Below are positions 28,777 to 39,374 of a DNA stretch of 64,000 bases, in pieces; the first letter of the stretch is position 1, and every line of letters starts with the position of its first letter. The notes under the pieces are model-generated. The model saw only the letters and a list, made by a program, of their open reading frames with translations, searched no databases and had not been told where the DNA came from. Made by a program: the position numbers and the translations under genes. This stretch comes from Gemmatimonadota bacterium (GTDB taxonomy: Bacteria > Gemmatimonadota > Gemmatimonadetes > Gemmatimonadales > GWC2-71-9): assembly GCA_036679645.1 (NCBI GenBank), contig JAZDCY010000076.1, positions 1-64,000 on the forward strand, in the 5' to 3' direction.

Positions 28777-31016
28777 GCGTCGAATTTCTGCCACTGGTGC
28801 TTCACCCGCTCCATGAGTTGCGAGAAACGGGCATCGCCCCGCAGACCGGCCAGGAAAGGGTCGTATTCGGAGAGAAACGGGTAGTTCGTAAACCTCCGGT
28901 TGGTTGCGGTTTCCAGCCAATCCAGAGCTTCGTCGTTCGCCCCCACCAACGCGTGACAGTCTGCCACCCACAACGCCCAAATCCCGAGTCGTCGCGCCAC
29001 CGTCGCAAGTTCGTCTTTGCAAAGCTCCAAGACTTGCGACTTGTCGTCTTTCCAAGCCGCGCTGAAGAGCGAAGCCAGCCACGCCACCAACGGACTGGTT
29101 TCTTGCTCGCGTAGAGTCGCAACAAGTGCATTGCACTCATCGAGGCGGCCAACGAATCGCAATGTGAGGATATAAAACCACGCGGCCACGACGTTTTGCG
29201 GATCTGTCTCATGGCCCTTGCGGATCGGCTCCAATGCATCCTCAAACCGGCCCTCCATCCAGTCTAGTAGCCCGGCGCAAAACCAGGTGACGGCCGTAAG
29301 GGGATCGATTTCCATTGCGTGCCGCATCAACGGGCGAGCAGCATCCACCCACCCGTGATACCCATAAAGCGTAACCAGGGTGAGTAGTATGTCGGGATCG
29401 TTTGGATCCAATCGTAGCCCTTCCTTCAAATGGCGGCTGGGATCGTCGTCTCTTTCTGGATCGAACCATGCCAGCCAGGCGCGGACCAAATGGCCCTTCG
29501 CCGAATCAGGGGTCAGCGCAAAACACTTCTCCGCACACTCATCGGCGTCGCGAAGCAACGACCGATCAAACCGAATGCCAGCGTTGTGGTACATGAGATA
29601 GGTGGTGCCGAGACCGGCGTAGAGCAGCGCATTGTCACCGACCAGCGCCAGCCCGTTCTTCAGGTGGCGCACCGCTCGGTCGAGGGCGTCGGGACTCATA
29701 CGCCAAAACTCGTGTCGCGCACGAAGATAGCACTCATATGCCTGCACGTTCTCGATCGGTCGCTCCTCCAGCTTCTGCTTTTCTTCCGGGCTCAGCTCGA
29801 GCGCAAGCGCGTCCGCGATCGCTCGCGACACGCTCTCCTGAATCTCGAAGACGTCGTCCATCACACCCGTATACTTCTCGGCCCACATGTGGGTGTCACT
29901 CTCGGCATCAATAAGCTGCGCCGTGATGCGGAGGTTTTTGCCAGCCTTTCGTACGCCACCTTCGAGAACGTATTGGCAATCGAGTTCGCGCCCGATGGTC
30001 CGTGTGTCCTTGTCCGTGCCTTTGAGCAACATGGCCGAGTTCCGCGAAATGACGCGCAACGCCGTGAGCTGCGAGAGGTCCGTGATGATCTCCTCGGTCA
30101 GTCCGTCTGCAAAGTATTCGTTGTCGGGATCGGGACTCATGTTGGTGAAAGGCAACACGACGATCGACATTACCCGCGCCGGCGCATCACCGCCGCGCTC
30201 CGACATGGCGGCTGCGAACGCTGATGCGCTCTCGAACCGATCCACCGGTGCCTTGCTGAGCGCCTGTTCTAGAGAAGTTGCAATTCCGGACGGGACACTT
30301 GGTCGCACGGTCGTGATGGGTGGAGGGGTGTCGGTCACGTGTCGCGCCATCACTGCACGGGTACTCGAGGCTACAAAGGGGGGATCGCCGGCAAGCATCT
30401 CGTACAGGACACACGCCAGCGAGTAGATGTCGGAGCGCAGATCGAGTTCCCGGTCACCGCCTACCTGCTCAGGACTCATGTACGCTGGTGTTCCCAAGGA
30501 GAGACCGGTTTCTGTCATGCGCTCGCCGCCCGCCGCGTCGACGGCCAACGCGATCCCGAAGTCGGCCACGATCGCCGCTCCGTCGTGCAGCAGGATGTTC
30601 TCAGGCTTGATGTCGCGGTGAATCACGTTATGGCGGTGCGCGTAGTCCAATGCATCCGCCACGTCGGTTACGATCTTGACGGCCTCTTCGATGCCGAGCT
30701 GCGTCTCACGATTCAGTTTGCCACGCAGCGTCTCGCCCTCGATGTAGGGCATGACGTAGTAAAGGAATGAATCCGCCTCGCCAGAATCGAACAGCGGAAG
30801 TATGTGTGGATGCTGCAAGTTGGCGGTGGTCTTGATCTCCTGCACGAAGCGCTCGGCACCCAGCACGGCGGCCAGTTCGGGGCGGAGCACCTTGATGGCG
30901 ACCTTGCGGTCGTGCTTGATGTCATGCGCGAGATAGACGGTGGCCATGCCGCCGGCGCCGAGTTCGCGCTCGATCGTGTAGCGATCCGCGAGGGCGGAAT
31001 TCAATCGGTCGATCAT
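28773..31016 (-). CDS. eSTK with TolB_N/FlgO-like and TPR domains, no TM segment
   Basis: HRDIKPEN, DFG and YMSPEQ; 'SIVVLPFTNMSPDPDNEYFADGLTEEII'; TPR-like helices. Start is 31016 (ATGA overlap) or 31031. Confidence 0.93.
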   Translation of the reverse strand: MIDRLNSALADRYTIERELGAGGMATVYLAHDIKHDRKVAIKVLRPELAAVLGAERFVQEIKTTANLQHPHILPLFDSGEADSFLYYVMPYIEGETLRGKLNRETQLGIEEAVKIVTDVADALDYAHRHNVIHRDIKPENILLHDGAAIVADFGIALAVDAAGGERMTETGLSLGTPAYMSPEQVGGDRELDLRSDIYSLACVLYEMLAGDPPFVASSTRAVMARHVTDTPPPITTVRPSVPSGIATSLEQALSKAPVDRFESASAFAAAMSERGGDAPARVMSIVVLPFTNMSPDPDNEYFADGLTEEIITDLSQLTALRVISRNSAMLLKGTDKDTRTIGRELDCQYVLEGGVRKAGKNLRITAQLIDAESDTHMWAEKYTGVMDDVFEIQESVSRAIADALALELSPEEKQKLEERPIENVQAYECYLRARHEFWRMSPDALDRAVRHLKNGLALVGDNALLYAGLGTTYLMYHNAGIRFDRSLLRDADECAEKCFALTPDSAKGHLVRAWLAWFDPERDDDPSRHLKEGLRLDPNDPDILLTLVTLYGYHGWVDAARPLMRHAMEIDPLTAVTWFCAGLLDWMEGRFEDALEPIRKGHETDPQNVVAAWFYILTLRFVGRLDECNALVATLREQETSPLVAWLASLFSAAWKDDKSQVLELCKDELATVARRLGIWALWVADCHALVGANDEALDWLETATNRRFTNYPFLSEYDPFLAGLRGDARFSQLMERVKHQWQKFDA

Positions 31017-31555
31017 CTCGCCGGCCCCCATGAAGGAATGCGCGCCGCCACTGCGGATCGAACCCGTTCGTCCAGGGCCTCCACCTCCGCAAGCCGGTCA
31101 CGGAGGGAATCGCCGTCAACCAAGCCGGCTTCGGTAAGGGCCCGACAGAACTCGATGTCTTTCGGACGGCCGGCGATCGCCTTCGAGATCCATAGGTCGT
31201 GGGGTTCCAGACACCACGCGACGACACCGTTGGTACCGGGGGTCTCGAAGCGCACCAGTCGATCGCGCCATCTTGCGGGCAGCACAGGCGTTGTCTCGAC
31301 CACGCCCTGTGCGTAGTACCCAAACGTCGCGTGGAACATCGATGCCTCGCCAATCGAGCCGTCGATCAGATCGGCCATGCTGCCGTCCGGGTCGTGCATC
31401 GCGGCCACGTCCACCTCTACAGAACGGGTGGCCTCGGCCGGCAGTTCGCCCGATACACTACCGTGCAGTGCCTGACTTCCTATCACCAGCACTTCACTCG
31501 CGCCGAGTACCGCTCCGGCCGCCCGGATGGCATGCTCGAACTCTTCTCGTTTCAC
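31013..31555 (-). CDS. Pol-beta-like nucleotidyltransferase (DUF6036-like), putative toxin
   Basis: 'LVIGSQAL...RSVEVDV' and 'DLWISKAIAGRPKDIEF'. Confidence 0.75.
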   Translation of the reverse strand: MKREEFEHAIRAAGAVLGASEVLVIGSQALHGSVSGELPAEATRSVEVDVAAMHDPDGSMADLIDGSIGEASMFHATFGYYAQGVVETTPVLPARWRDRLVRFETPGTNGVVAWCLEPHDLWISKAIAGRPKDIEFCRALTEAGLVDGDSLRDRLAEVEALDERVRSAVAARIPSWGPAR

Positions 31556-32058
31556 GAGGCACGCGTCTCTTCCTGCGTGAATTCACCATAGACCGCCGCC
31601 CGCTCGGCCGCGGACAGCACGCCGGCGAACGGCGTCACCTGACGAAGCTCCCTCGCCCACGGGTCGGGGTCCGTCAGGAGCGGGAGCAAAGCCAATAGAG
31701 GGCGATCGAGGATGGCCCGCCACTCCTCGAGCAACTGTGATGCGCCAGCCTGGCGCGCGGCCATGCGGTCCAGGTTATGCCGGGCCTGGGCCAGCACCCG
31801 TTGGGGCTCGTCAATGAGCCGCCGGGCGATGGCGCGATGCAGCGCGAGGGATCGGCGGTCTTCACGGGTGAGCGGAGGGTGGTATTCCACCCTTGCCTCG
31901 AGGCCCACCGACTCGGCGAGCCGTCGGAGCGTGGACACCGTAGGGCTCTTGCGATCCGCCTCGTACGCCGCGATGGTCGGCTGCGACGTGCCGGCAGCTT
32001 TCGCCAAGACGGTCTGGGTGATTGCAGCCTTGGCTCTCAACTCCCGAATGGCGTTCAT
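31552..32058 (-). CDS. XRE HTH protein, putative antitoxin
   Basis: 'ITQTVLAKAAGTSQPTIAAYEADRKSPTVSTLRRLA'; C-terminal 'LRQVTPFAGVLS'; 4-bp overlap with the NTase. Confidence 0.8.
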   Translation of the reverse strand: MNAIRELRAKAAITQTVLAKAAGTSQPTIAAYEADRKSPTVSTLRRLAESVGLEARVEYHPPLTREDRRSLALHRAIARRLIDEPQRVLAQARHNLDRMAARQAGASQLLEEWRAILDRPLLALLPLLTDPDPWARELRQVTPFAGVLSAAERAAVYGEFTQEETRAS

Positions 32059-32469
32059 GTCCGAAAATATATCCAATAAGATATAATACCGCTAGTCGCC
32101 GTTGGGATCTCGAAACCTCCTCACTGCCCAGCTCCGTCTAACGATCGATCTTGTCTCGCAGGGGGCGGACGACAAGGACTTCCCCACGTCCATCCCGATC
32201 TCGTTGAAGTGGCGGCACATCCCGGGTGCGACGAGAACGGCGCCGGCCTCGCTTGACTAGACGGTCGGTTAGATTGCCCCGTAGCGCGCGAGTCAAATCG
32301 ACGCGGAAACCGAGGGGGCCCCACGGCAGAGTTCCAACTTGAAGTCGATGACGCACTCCGGGCTCGTCTGGCGGCCCTGTGCACCGAAGGCTGGGCCATC
32401 TCGGAGCGGTTCGACCTCGAGGTCCGGGGTCGCGACTTCCACCCGTTCGTCGCGGCGGACTACGACGAC

Positions 32470-32979
32470 GTGTTACGCGCGTTGATCTTCCATCGTGCGC
32501 CGGGGCTCCGATTCCTCGAATGGGGTTCGGCAACGGGGGTCATCACAATCATGGCAGACCTCCTCGGGTTCGACGCGTACGGCATCGAACTGGACGCCGA
32601 CCTCGCGACGACGGCTCGCGGCCTGGCCGCGAGATTCGACTCCGGAGCAACGTTTGTTGAGGGGAGCTTCCTCCCGACCGGATATCGATGGCAGCCGATC
32701 AATGGGGACGGGCGAATCGGCACGCTCGGCACAGGCCCCTCGGGTTATCTCCAGCTCGGCTACGCGCTGGACGAGTTCGACGTGGTCTTCGGATATCCGT
32801 GGAGTGGCGAGGCGCCGGTGATGCTCGACCTGATGAAGCGCTACGGCCGTGCGGACGCACTGCTGCTCCTTCAGGAAGTGAACGACGGGGTCATGTCATA
32901 TCGGAGCGGCCGCAACGTAACCGGCGAGCGGACCTTCGATCCGCCACGAGCACGGTGTTCTAGGAACACACCCAACTGA
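32470..32979 (+). CDS. Class I SAM-dependent methyltransferase-like protein
   Basis: 'FLEWGSATG...AYGIELD...FDVVFGYPW'. The coding-like frame extends to ~32341 without a canonical start. Confidence 0.7.
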   Translation: MLRALIFHRAPGLRFLEWGSATGVITIMADLLGFDAYGIELDADLATTARGLAARFDSGATFVEGSFLPTGYRWQPINGDGRIGTLGTGPSGYLQLGYALDEFDVVFGYPWSGEAPVMLDLMKRYGRADALLLLQEVNDGVMSYRSGRNVTGERTFDPPRARCSRNTPN

Positions 32980-33290
32980 CATCCCGCGAGCGGTCCGCGA
33001 GAGCTGTGCTCGCTGACACGATCGGATCGTGTCGCTAGAGCGACCCGCTCCCCCCAAGGCACCTCAAAGACACCAGCGCGTCGCGACTCGAGTCGCGAAT
33101 GCCATGAGCTGTCAGATCCCCGCAGCGCACACGTCCGTCATGGGCAGATGAGATGTGGCTCGTACGGCGCCCGACGCGATGGTACAGCACCAGCGTCGAG
33201 GCGGACCGGAGGGGGAGCGGTTCGTCTGGGCCACTGCATCGTGGATGTGGGCTTTGGGCGGTAGCGGCAACCCGGTTAGATTGACCCGCC

Positions 33291-35246
33291 GTGATCTCCG
33301 TTTCCAATCTCGCCAAATCGTTCGGCGACCGAACCCTGTTCGCCGGGGCATCGTTCCAGCTCAACCCGGCTGAACGGTACGGACTCGTCGGCGCCAACGG
33401 TTCGGGCAAGACCACCCTGCTCCGGATTCTGAGTGGCGACCTCGTCCCCGACGAGGGCACCGTTTCCGTTGCGAAACGCCTCCGGCTGGGTGTTCTTCGT
33501 CAGGATCAGTTCGTGTACGACGAACAGGAAATTCTTGGCGTCACCCTCCAAGGCAATCCGGAGCTGTGGAATGCGCTGGTCGAGCGGGACGCGCTGCTCG
33601 CGAACGCCGAGGATTCCTTTGACGCCGACCGGTTCTCCGAACTCGAGGAGATCGTGCAGCGGCACGATGGGTACACTGCCGAAGCGCGTGCGGCTACGAT
33701 ACTCGATGGGTTGGGAATTCCATCGGCCGTGCATCGCGACCCGATCTCCTCGCTGTCGGGTGGGTTCCGCCTCCGTGTACTCCTGGCACAGGTGCTCGCG
33801 AGCAATCCGGACGTGCTGCTCCTCGACGAACCGAGTAACCATCTAGACATCCTATCGATACGGTGGCTCGAGAAATTCCTGCGAGATTTCCGCGGGACGG
33901 TCCTGGTCATCTCCCATGACCATCGATTTCTCGATAACGTGGTCACGACAATCCTGGATGTTGACTATGAGACCATCCTGTCGTACGCGGGCACCTACAC
34001 CGATTTTCTCGGGGCCAAGCGGGCCGAACGGGAACGTCGTGTGAGAGACATCGCGGCGCGTGAGCGGGAGATTGCGCACCACCAGAAGTTCGTCGATCGC
34101 TTCCGCGCCAAGGCAAGCAAGGCGCGCCAGGCGCAGAGCAAGATGCGGATGATCGAGAAGAAGGCGGCCACGTTGGGGGAGCTGCCGCAGAGTTCGCGAT
34201 GCTACCCAACATTCCGTTTCGAGCAGCGCCGCGACAGTGGACGCGACGTCATGACCGTGAAAGGGGTGAAAAAGGCGTTCGGTGACAACGAGGTGCTGGA
34301 CGGCGTCGACCTCACGGTCGTTCGCGGCGATCGTCTCGCCATCATGGGACCGAACGGTATTGGCAAGTCGACCCTGCTGAAGATCGTGATGGGCCAACTC
34401 GCGCCCGATGCGGGCCAGGTGGAATGGGGCTACGAGACCCATCCCGGCTACTTCGCGCAGGACCACCAGGAGGAGTTCGACTCGCGCAGCGGCACGGCCG
34501 AGCAGTGGGTCTGGAGTTTCTGTCCCGAGCGCGAATTCGGATACGTGCGCGGTGCCATGGGCTTGATGCTTTTCTCCGGTGACGACGGCAAGAAACCCTT
34601 ACGTGCGCTCTCCGGTGGTGAGATCACCCGCCTCATCTTCACCCGTCTCAGTATCGAGCGCCCCAACGTGCTCATCCTGGACGAGCCGACCAACCACCTC
34701 GATCTCGAGTCGATCGAAGCGTTGGTCGAAGGACTCAGGTCCTACGCCGGCACCATCATTCTCGTTTCACACGACCGATGGTTCGTGAGCCGGTTGGCCA
34801 CCCGGGTTCTCGAGATCAGGACTGACGGCATTACCGACTACCTTGGCACCTACGACGAATACGTCCATGCTTGTGGTGACGACCATCTCGATGTCGACCG
34901 TGTCGTGCTCAGGGCGCGAAAGGAAAGCAAGCGGGCGGGGGCGTCTTCCCAGTCGAAGTCTGCGCAACGATCGTCGAAGAGGGAAAACCCAAGGCGGTCC
35001 CTCGAGAGACTCCGGCGCCGTCTCGAAACGGTCACCGAGCGCGTCCAGGCCACGGAGGTCCGGGTGCACCGGATCGACGAGCTGTTTTGCGGGCCGGCCT
35101 ACTTTGCGCGGACGCCCACCGACGAGGTGCGGGCACGTGAAGCGGAGCGAAAGGGTCTGCAGCATGAACTCGCGGACCTCATGGCCGCGTGGGAGGATAT
35201 CGAGCATGAAGTTGCGGCGCTGGAGAAGTCCCTCGAGGGTGTTTGA
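33291..35246 (+). CDS. ABC-F family ATPase (YbiT-like)
   Basis: Two NBDs (GANGSGKT, GPNGIGKST), LDEPS/TNHLD twice, no TM, C-terminal coiled coil. Confidence 0.93.
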   Translation: MISVSNLAKSFGDRTLFAGASFQLNPAERYGLVGANGSGKTTLLRILSGDLVPDEGTVSVAKRLRLGVLRQDQFVYDEQEILGVTLQGNPELWNALVERDALLANAEDSFDADRFSELEEIVQRHDGYTAEARAATILDGLGIPSAVHRDPISSLSGGFRLRVLLAQVLASNPDVLLLDEPSNHLDILSIRWLEKFLRDFRGTVLVISHDHRFLDNVVTTILDVDYETILSYAGTYTDFLGAKRAERERRVRDIAAREREIAHHQKFVDRFRAKASKARQAQSKMRMIEKKAATLGELPQSSRCYPTFRFEQRRDSGRDVMTVKGVKKAFGDNEVLDGVDLTVVRGDRLAIMGPNGIGKSTLLKIVMGQLAPDAGQVEWGYETHPGYFAQDHQEEFDSRSGTAEQWVWSFCPEREFGYVRGAMGLMLFSGDDGKKPLRALSGGEITRLIFTRLSIERPNVLILDEPTNHLDLESIEALVEGLRSYAGTIILVSHDRWFVSRLATRVLEIRTDGITDYLGTYDEYVHACGDDHLDVDRVVLRARKESKRAGASSQSKSAQRSSKRENPRRSLERLRRRLETVTERVQATEVRVHRIDELFCGPAYFARTPTDEVRAREAERKGLQHELADLMAAWEDIEHEVAALEKSLEGV

Positions 35247-35396
35247 GGTCGGTAATCCGTAACCTTAGTATTGATGGGCTCCGGCCAAAGCGAGGTCCTA
35301 CTGGCGTGCAAAGCCTCAGTTGGCTCATCGAGCGCGTTCAGCCGAAGTAATGCCACCTACGAGTAGCGGGAGCTGACGGGGATCAACGGTCTGCCG

Positions 35397-36026
35397 GTGA
35401 TGGCCCGCGGCGCAGAGAACGGGCACTTCACCATGATGAACGGGATGTCTCCGTTCGGGGACAAGAATGTGGTGATGGGCAATGGGCAACTGCGTCTGCA
35501 TATGGTCGATGCCACCGCCACCGATGCAGCCACCAGCGAAGATCAGGTCCAGATGGAGGCAAGCTGGCATGACCGGGATGGAAACACTTATATGGTCCGG
35601 TGCTGTCGCATGCTGGCCACGCACGGCCTCGAGTTCCCGACGTTCGGCGGCGTGGTTACTAACCACCTACTCCACGGCTTCACCAGGATCGGGACGGCGC
35701 TCATGCCCACCGAGTTTACCTACGCCGGTTTCTGGGGGATGGGTGTCGTGCTGAAGAATGGTGAGGTGCTCGACCAGCCCCGGTTGATCCACGGGATGCT
35801 GACCGAATACGTGCGGGGTGAGGGGTACAGCCTGGATTCGGATGCGGAGGTCACTCCCACGCGACAGCAGTTTCACCTAATGGTGGCTCCGTTCGCTCCG
35901 AACATGGAGAGCGGGCACTTCGAGATGAAGCCGGTTAGCACCGGCCTCCAACTCCCCAATGGCATGGAGCTTCCGTTCTGGCACGTGATGTTCGAGAACC
36001 TGGACATCTCGGCGTCGCGCAATTGA
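35397..36026 (+). CDS. Met/His-rich hypothetical protein, probably 5'-truncated
   Basis: Coding-like ORF with an in-frame TAG at 35364 just upstream; overlaps the cupredoxin gene. Confidence 0.55.
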   Translation: MMARGAENGHFTMMNGMSPFGDKNVVMGNGQLRLHMVDATATDAATSEDQVQMEASWHDRDGNTYMVRCCRMLATHGLEFPTFGGVVTNHLLHGFTRIGTALMPTEFTYAGFWGMGVVLKNGEVLDQPRLIHGMLTEYVRGEGYSLDSDAEVTPTRQQFHLMVAPFAPNMESGHFEMKPVSTGLQLPNGMELPFWHVMFENLDISASRN

Positions 36027-36472
36027 TGTTTGGTGTGAAACACTCGGCGACAATCCGCCTGCGCCGGTGGCGTGTATTGCTGATGGCCGGGCTGGGGGTC
36101 GTCATGACGGCCCCGGCCCGCGCCCCGCGTGTGGAGCCGGCCCGCAGGGCCCAGGCGGCGACGGTGGTCACGATCACGGACCGGCTGACCTTCGAGCCGC
36201 GGCGGGTGACGATTGCGGTGGGGGAGACCGTAGAGTGGAACAACACCTCGTTGCTCGTCCACACCGTGACCGGCGATCCGGACAAGGCCACCCTCCCGAC
36301 CAGTGCCGCCCTACCGGATGGAGCGGCGGCGTTCGACTCGGGATTGCTCGAGCCCGACCAGACGTTCGAGCACACCTTCACCGTGCCGGGTACCTATCGG
36401 TACTTCTGCATTCCGCACGAAGGCGCTTCGATGGTCGGTGAGGTTGTCGTGGAGGCACCGGGATCGGACTGA
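36023..36472 (+). CDS. Plastocyanin/azurin-type blue copper protein
   Basis: Type-1 Cu ligands HTVT ... YFCIPHEGASM; signal peptide. Confidence 0.9.
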   Translation: MMFGVKHSATIRLRRWRVLLMAGLGVVMTAPARAPRVEPARRAQAATVVTITDRLTFEPRRVTIAVGETVEWNNTSLLVHTVTGDPDKATLPTSAALPDGAAAFDSGLLEPDQTFEHTFTVPGTYRYFCIPHEGASMVGEVVVEAPGSD

Positions 36473-36486
36473 CGCCGCTCCCGGAT

Positions 36487-38013
36487 TCAAAATCTGTTCG
36501 CGTCAGCGCGTTCCCAATGGTCAACCCAGTTCTTCGGTACCGAGTCCGCGGACACGAGGCAGCCTGTGGGAAGATATTCGTAGACCTGGTCCAGCGGGCG
36601 AATATTCGTGGCGTCGAGCCGCCGCAAGACGTGTTGCGGGCCGATCTGCTCGGGACTGGCGCAACCGGTGGAGGAGATCAATTCGACAAAGCTCTCGATC
36701 GTGTCGCCATGGTAGCGCGCGACGCGGCGGGCCTTATCCGTGACTACGAGTCCCTGGTTGCGCCAGAGCGCCTGCGTGGTGATCCCCACCGGGCAGGCGT
36801 TCGTGTTGCACCTGCGTGCCTGAATGCACCCCAAGGCAAACATCATCCCGCGTGCCGAGTTGCACAGATCGGCTCCGAGCGCGAGCGCGCGAACCATGTC
36901 AAACCCGGTGACGATCTTGCCCGCTGCGATCGTGCGAATCCGGGAGCGTAGGTCGAATCCCGTCAAGGCGTTGTGAACGAAAAGCACGCCGTCGCGCATC
37001 GGCATGCCCACGGAGTTGGAAAACTCCACCGGTGCGGCGCCCGTCCCGCCTTCGGCCCCATCGACGGTGATGAAGTCGGGCAGGATCCCGCTCTCGACCA
37101 TCGCCTTACAGATGCCCAGGAACTCCGAGCGAAACCCGACGCAGAGCTTGAACCCGATGGGCTTCCCGCCGGTCAACTCGCGCAGCTTGGCCACGAACTC
37201 GAGCAGACCGGCCGGCGTCGAAAAGGCTGAATGCGTGGGCGGTGAGACGACATCGTGGCCCATCGGCACGTGCCTAATCTCCGAGATCTCGTGCGTTACT
37301 TTTGCGGCGGGTAGGATACCGCCATGCCCGGGCTTGGCTCCCTGGAACCGTGCGTCGAAACTGCCATCGTGGTTGCGACAGCCGAAATAGCCCGTACCGA
37401 CCTGCCAGACGAGATCCCCGCCGGCTTCGAGGTGGTACGGGCTGACGCCACCCTCGCCCGTGTTGTGGGCAAATCCGGCGGCCCGCGCTCCGGCATTGAG
37501 CGCGCGCACGGCATTGCGGCCCAACGCACCGTAGCTCATCGCGGAGATGTTCAGGTAGGACGCGGAGTACGGTTTGCGGCAATCGGAGCCGCCGATCGTG
37601 ACCCGCGGTACTGTTTCAGGAACGGCGGCCGGTGCCAGCGAGTGCGTCATCCACTCGTAACCCACACGGTTCACGTCGCGCTGGGTTCCGAACGGAACGG
37701 TGTCGCGGTCTCCCTTGGCCCGCTGGTAAATCAGCGACCGAAATTCCCTGCTGAAGGGCCGGCCGTCGATGTTGGTCTCTACGAAATACTGTTGGATCTC
37801 CGGCCGGATGTCCTCCATCAGATAGCGGCCGTGGCCGATCACCGGGTAGATGCGGTTCAGCGAATGTTTGCGCTGCAGCAGATCGTAAACGCCGAGAGCG
37901 ACGAATGGGCCGACGACGAGCAAGCCCCACAGAGCCTGAATCCAGATGCTCGCCGCGGCTAGCAACAGGAGTGGAAGACCTATGGCGAGTAGAAAAAAGA
38001 TGCGGCGTGCCAT
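36487..38013 (-). CDS. FMN-binding glutamate synthase family protein, with an apparent in-frame deletion
   Basis: NISAMSYG, HNTGEGG, QGAKPGHGG and GCIQA..C..N.CP. The usual 'EIKLS' before QGAKPG is absent. Confidence 0.88.
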   Translation of the reverse strand: MARRIFFLLAIGLPLLLLAAASIWIQALWGLLVVGPFVALGVYDLLQRKHSLNRIYPVIGHGRYLMEDIRPEIQQYFVETNIDGRPFSREFRSLIYQRAKGDRDTVPFGTQRDVNRVGYEWMTHSLAPAAVPETVPRVTIGGSDCRKPYSASYLNISAMSYGALGRNAVRALNAGARAAGFAHNTGEGGVSPYHLEAGGDLVWQVGTGYFGCRNHDGSFDARFQGAKPGHGGILPAAKVTHEISEIRHVPMGHDVVSPPTHSAFSTPAGLLEFVAKLRELTGGKPIGFKLCVGFRSEFLGICKAMVESGILPDFITVDGAEGGTGAAPVEFSNSVGMPMRDGVLFVHNALTGFDLRSRIRTIAAGKIVTGFDMVRALALGADLCNSARGMMFALGCIQARRCNTNACPVGITTQALWRNQGLVVTDKARRVARYHGDTIESFVELISSTGCASPEQIGPQHVLRRLDATNIRPLDQVYEYLPTGCLVSADSVPKNWVDHWERADANRF

Positions 38014-38038
38014 CGTGTTCTCCTAGGCCAGCCTGGAG

Positions 38039-38394
38039 CTAGATACGGTTGACCCAGACCGAGTGAATGTTGACGAACTCTCTGATGCCGCAGGCCGACA
38101 GCTCGCGCCCGTATCCGGAGTCGCGAATGCCGCCGAACGGAAGCCGCGGGTCCGACTTCGACATGTCGTTGACGAACGCCGCGCCACTTTCGATTCCCTC
38201 CGCGGCAATGCGCTCGCCGCGCGCGAGGTCCTCCGTCCACACCGCGCCGCCAAGTCCAAAATCGGTTCCGTTGGCGACCTCGAGCGCCTGCGCCTCATCC
38301 TCGACCCGAATCAACGTGGCTACCGGTCCGAACAACTCCTCGGACCAGGCGGGCATCCCCGGCTTCACATTAGAGAGCACTGTTGGCGGATAAG
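38039..38394 (-). pseudogene. Aldehyde (succinate-semialdehyde) dehydrogenase, C-terminal fragment
   Basis: 'YPPTVL...EELFGPVA...ANGTDFGLG...PFGGIRDSGYGRE'; N-terminal part absent. Confidence 0.85.
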
Positions 38395-38964
38395 GCCACA
38401 GGCGATCCCCGACTTTGCCCAAAACGAGAAGAACTCGTAATCCATTGAGCGGGTCTGCGAGGTGGGGAACCAACCGAGATTGACGGAAAACACGAGCACT
38501 AACATCAACGCCAGCCAAAACCCAGGGATCGCGTAGATGATGAGCGATCCCAATGTCAGGGCCTTATCCCAGAGCGAGTACTGTTTGACCGCGGATATGA
38601 TGCCGAGCGTGATGCCGATCAACGCATCGACCAATACCGCCAGAATCGTTAGTTGCAGCGTGTAGGGAATTGCCTCGGCGAGCAGGTGGCTTACGGGTCG
38701 GCGGTGACGGAACGACTCGCCGAAGTCGCCATGCAGAACGTTGCCCAGCCATCGTACATATTGAACGTGAATCGGCTGATCGAGTCCGTACTTCTGGCGC
38801 AGCAACTCGATGACTTCGGGATCGACCTGCCGCTGGCGCTGCGGCTCGAGATACATGTCGAGTGGATCGCCGGGCGCCAACTGCATCATGAAGAACGTGG
38901 CAGTGACGATCCCTAAGAGGAGTGGGACGGCGTAGAGCAGACGCTTGAGAACGTGTCGGGCCAT
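38395..38964 (-). pseudogene. dppB: Peptide ABC permease DppB/OppB, N-terminal fragment
   Basis: 'KRLLYAVPLL...APGDP...YGLDQP..VQY..WL...GDFGES'; truncated before the EAA motif. Confidence 0.85.
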
Positions 38965-39374
38965 GCCTCAGCTCTCGTCTTCCACGCTGGTCCTCGACGC
39001 GGCCGAGCGCCATGGGGTTGCGGGAACAGTGGCGGGCGAGGCGAACTGGGAACGCGCGATCGTCGGCGGGGACCCAGACCCCGTCACCAGGAGTGCGATC
39101 GCCTACGTAGAGATCCCGTGATTTCCTCGCTGACTCATATCTCACCCCTCGGCGTGGCTCTATATCTCAGAGGTATGGGACATCAAGCTAGTCCAGGTTC
39201 ATTCCCCAGGCCTATCCCAAGTATCGCCCTTCGTACTGGAGGCGTCGAGCCAGTGCGACGAGGTCCGGTAGCTCGCATGCCGGGTACGGGACGATTCGTA
39301 CCGCTGCTCAGCTCTCTGTCAGCTTGCGGACGATGTGCTTGCGCGCGCCGCGCGCGCGCCCAACTTGAGCGGGC

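Noticed and set aside
33081..33098. Perfect 18-bp palindrome TCGCGACTCGAGTCGCGA
   Set aside because: Single copy with no linked feature; no function can be supported.
35361..35369. Pyrrolysine or other readthrough at the in-frame TAG
   Set aside because: No pyl genes or supporting context; a nonsense change or truncation is simpler.
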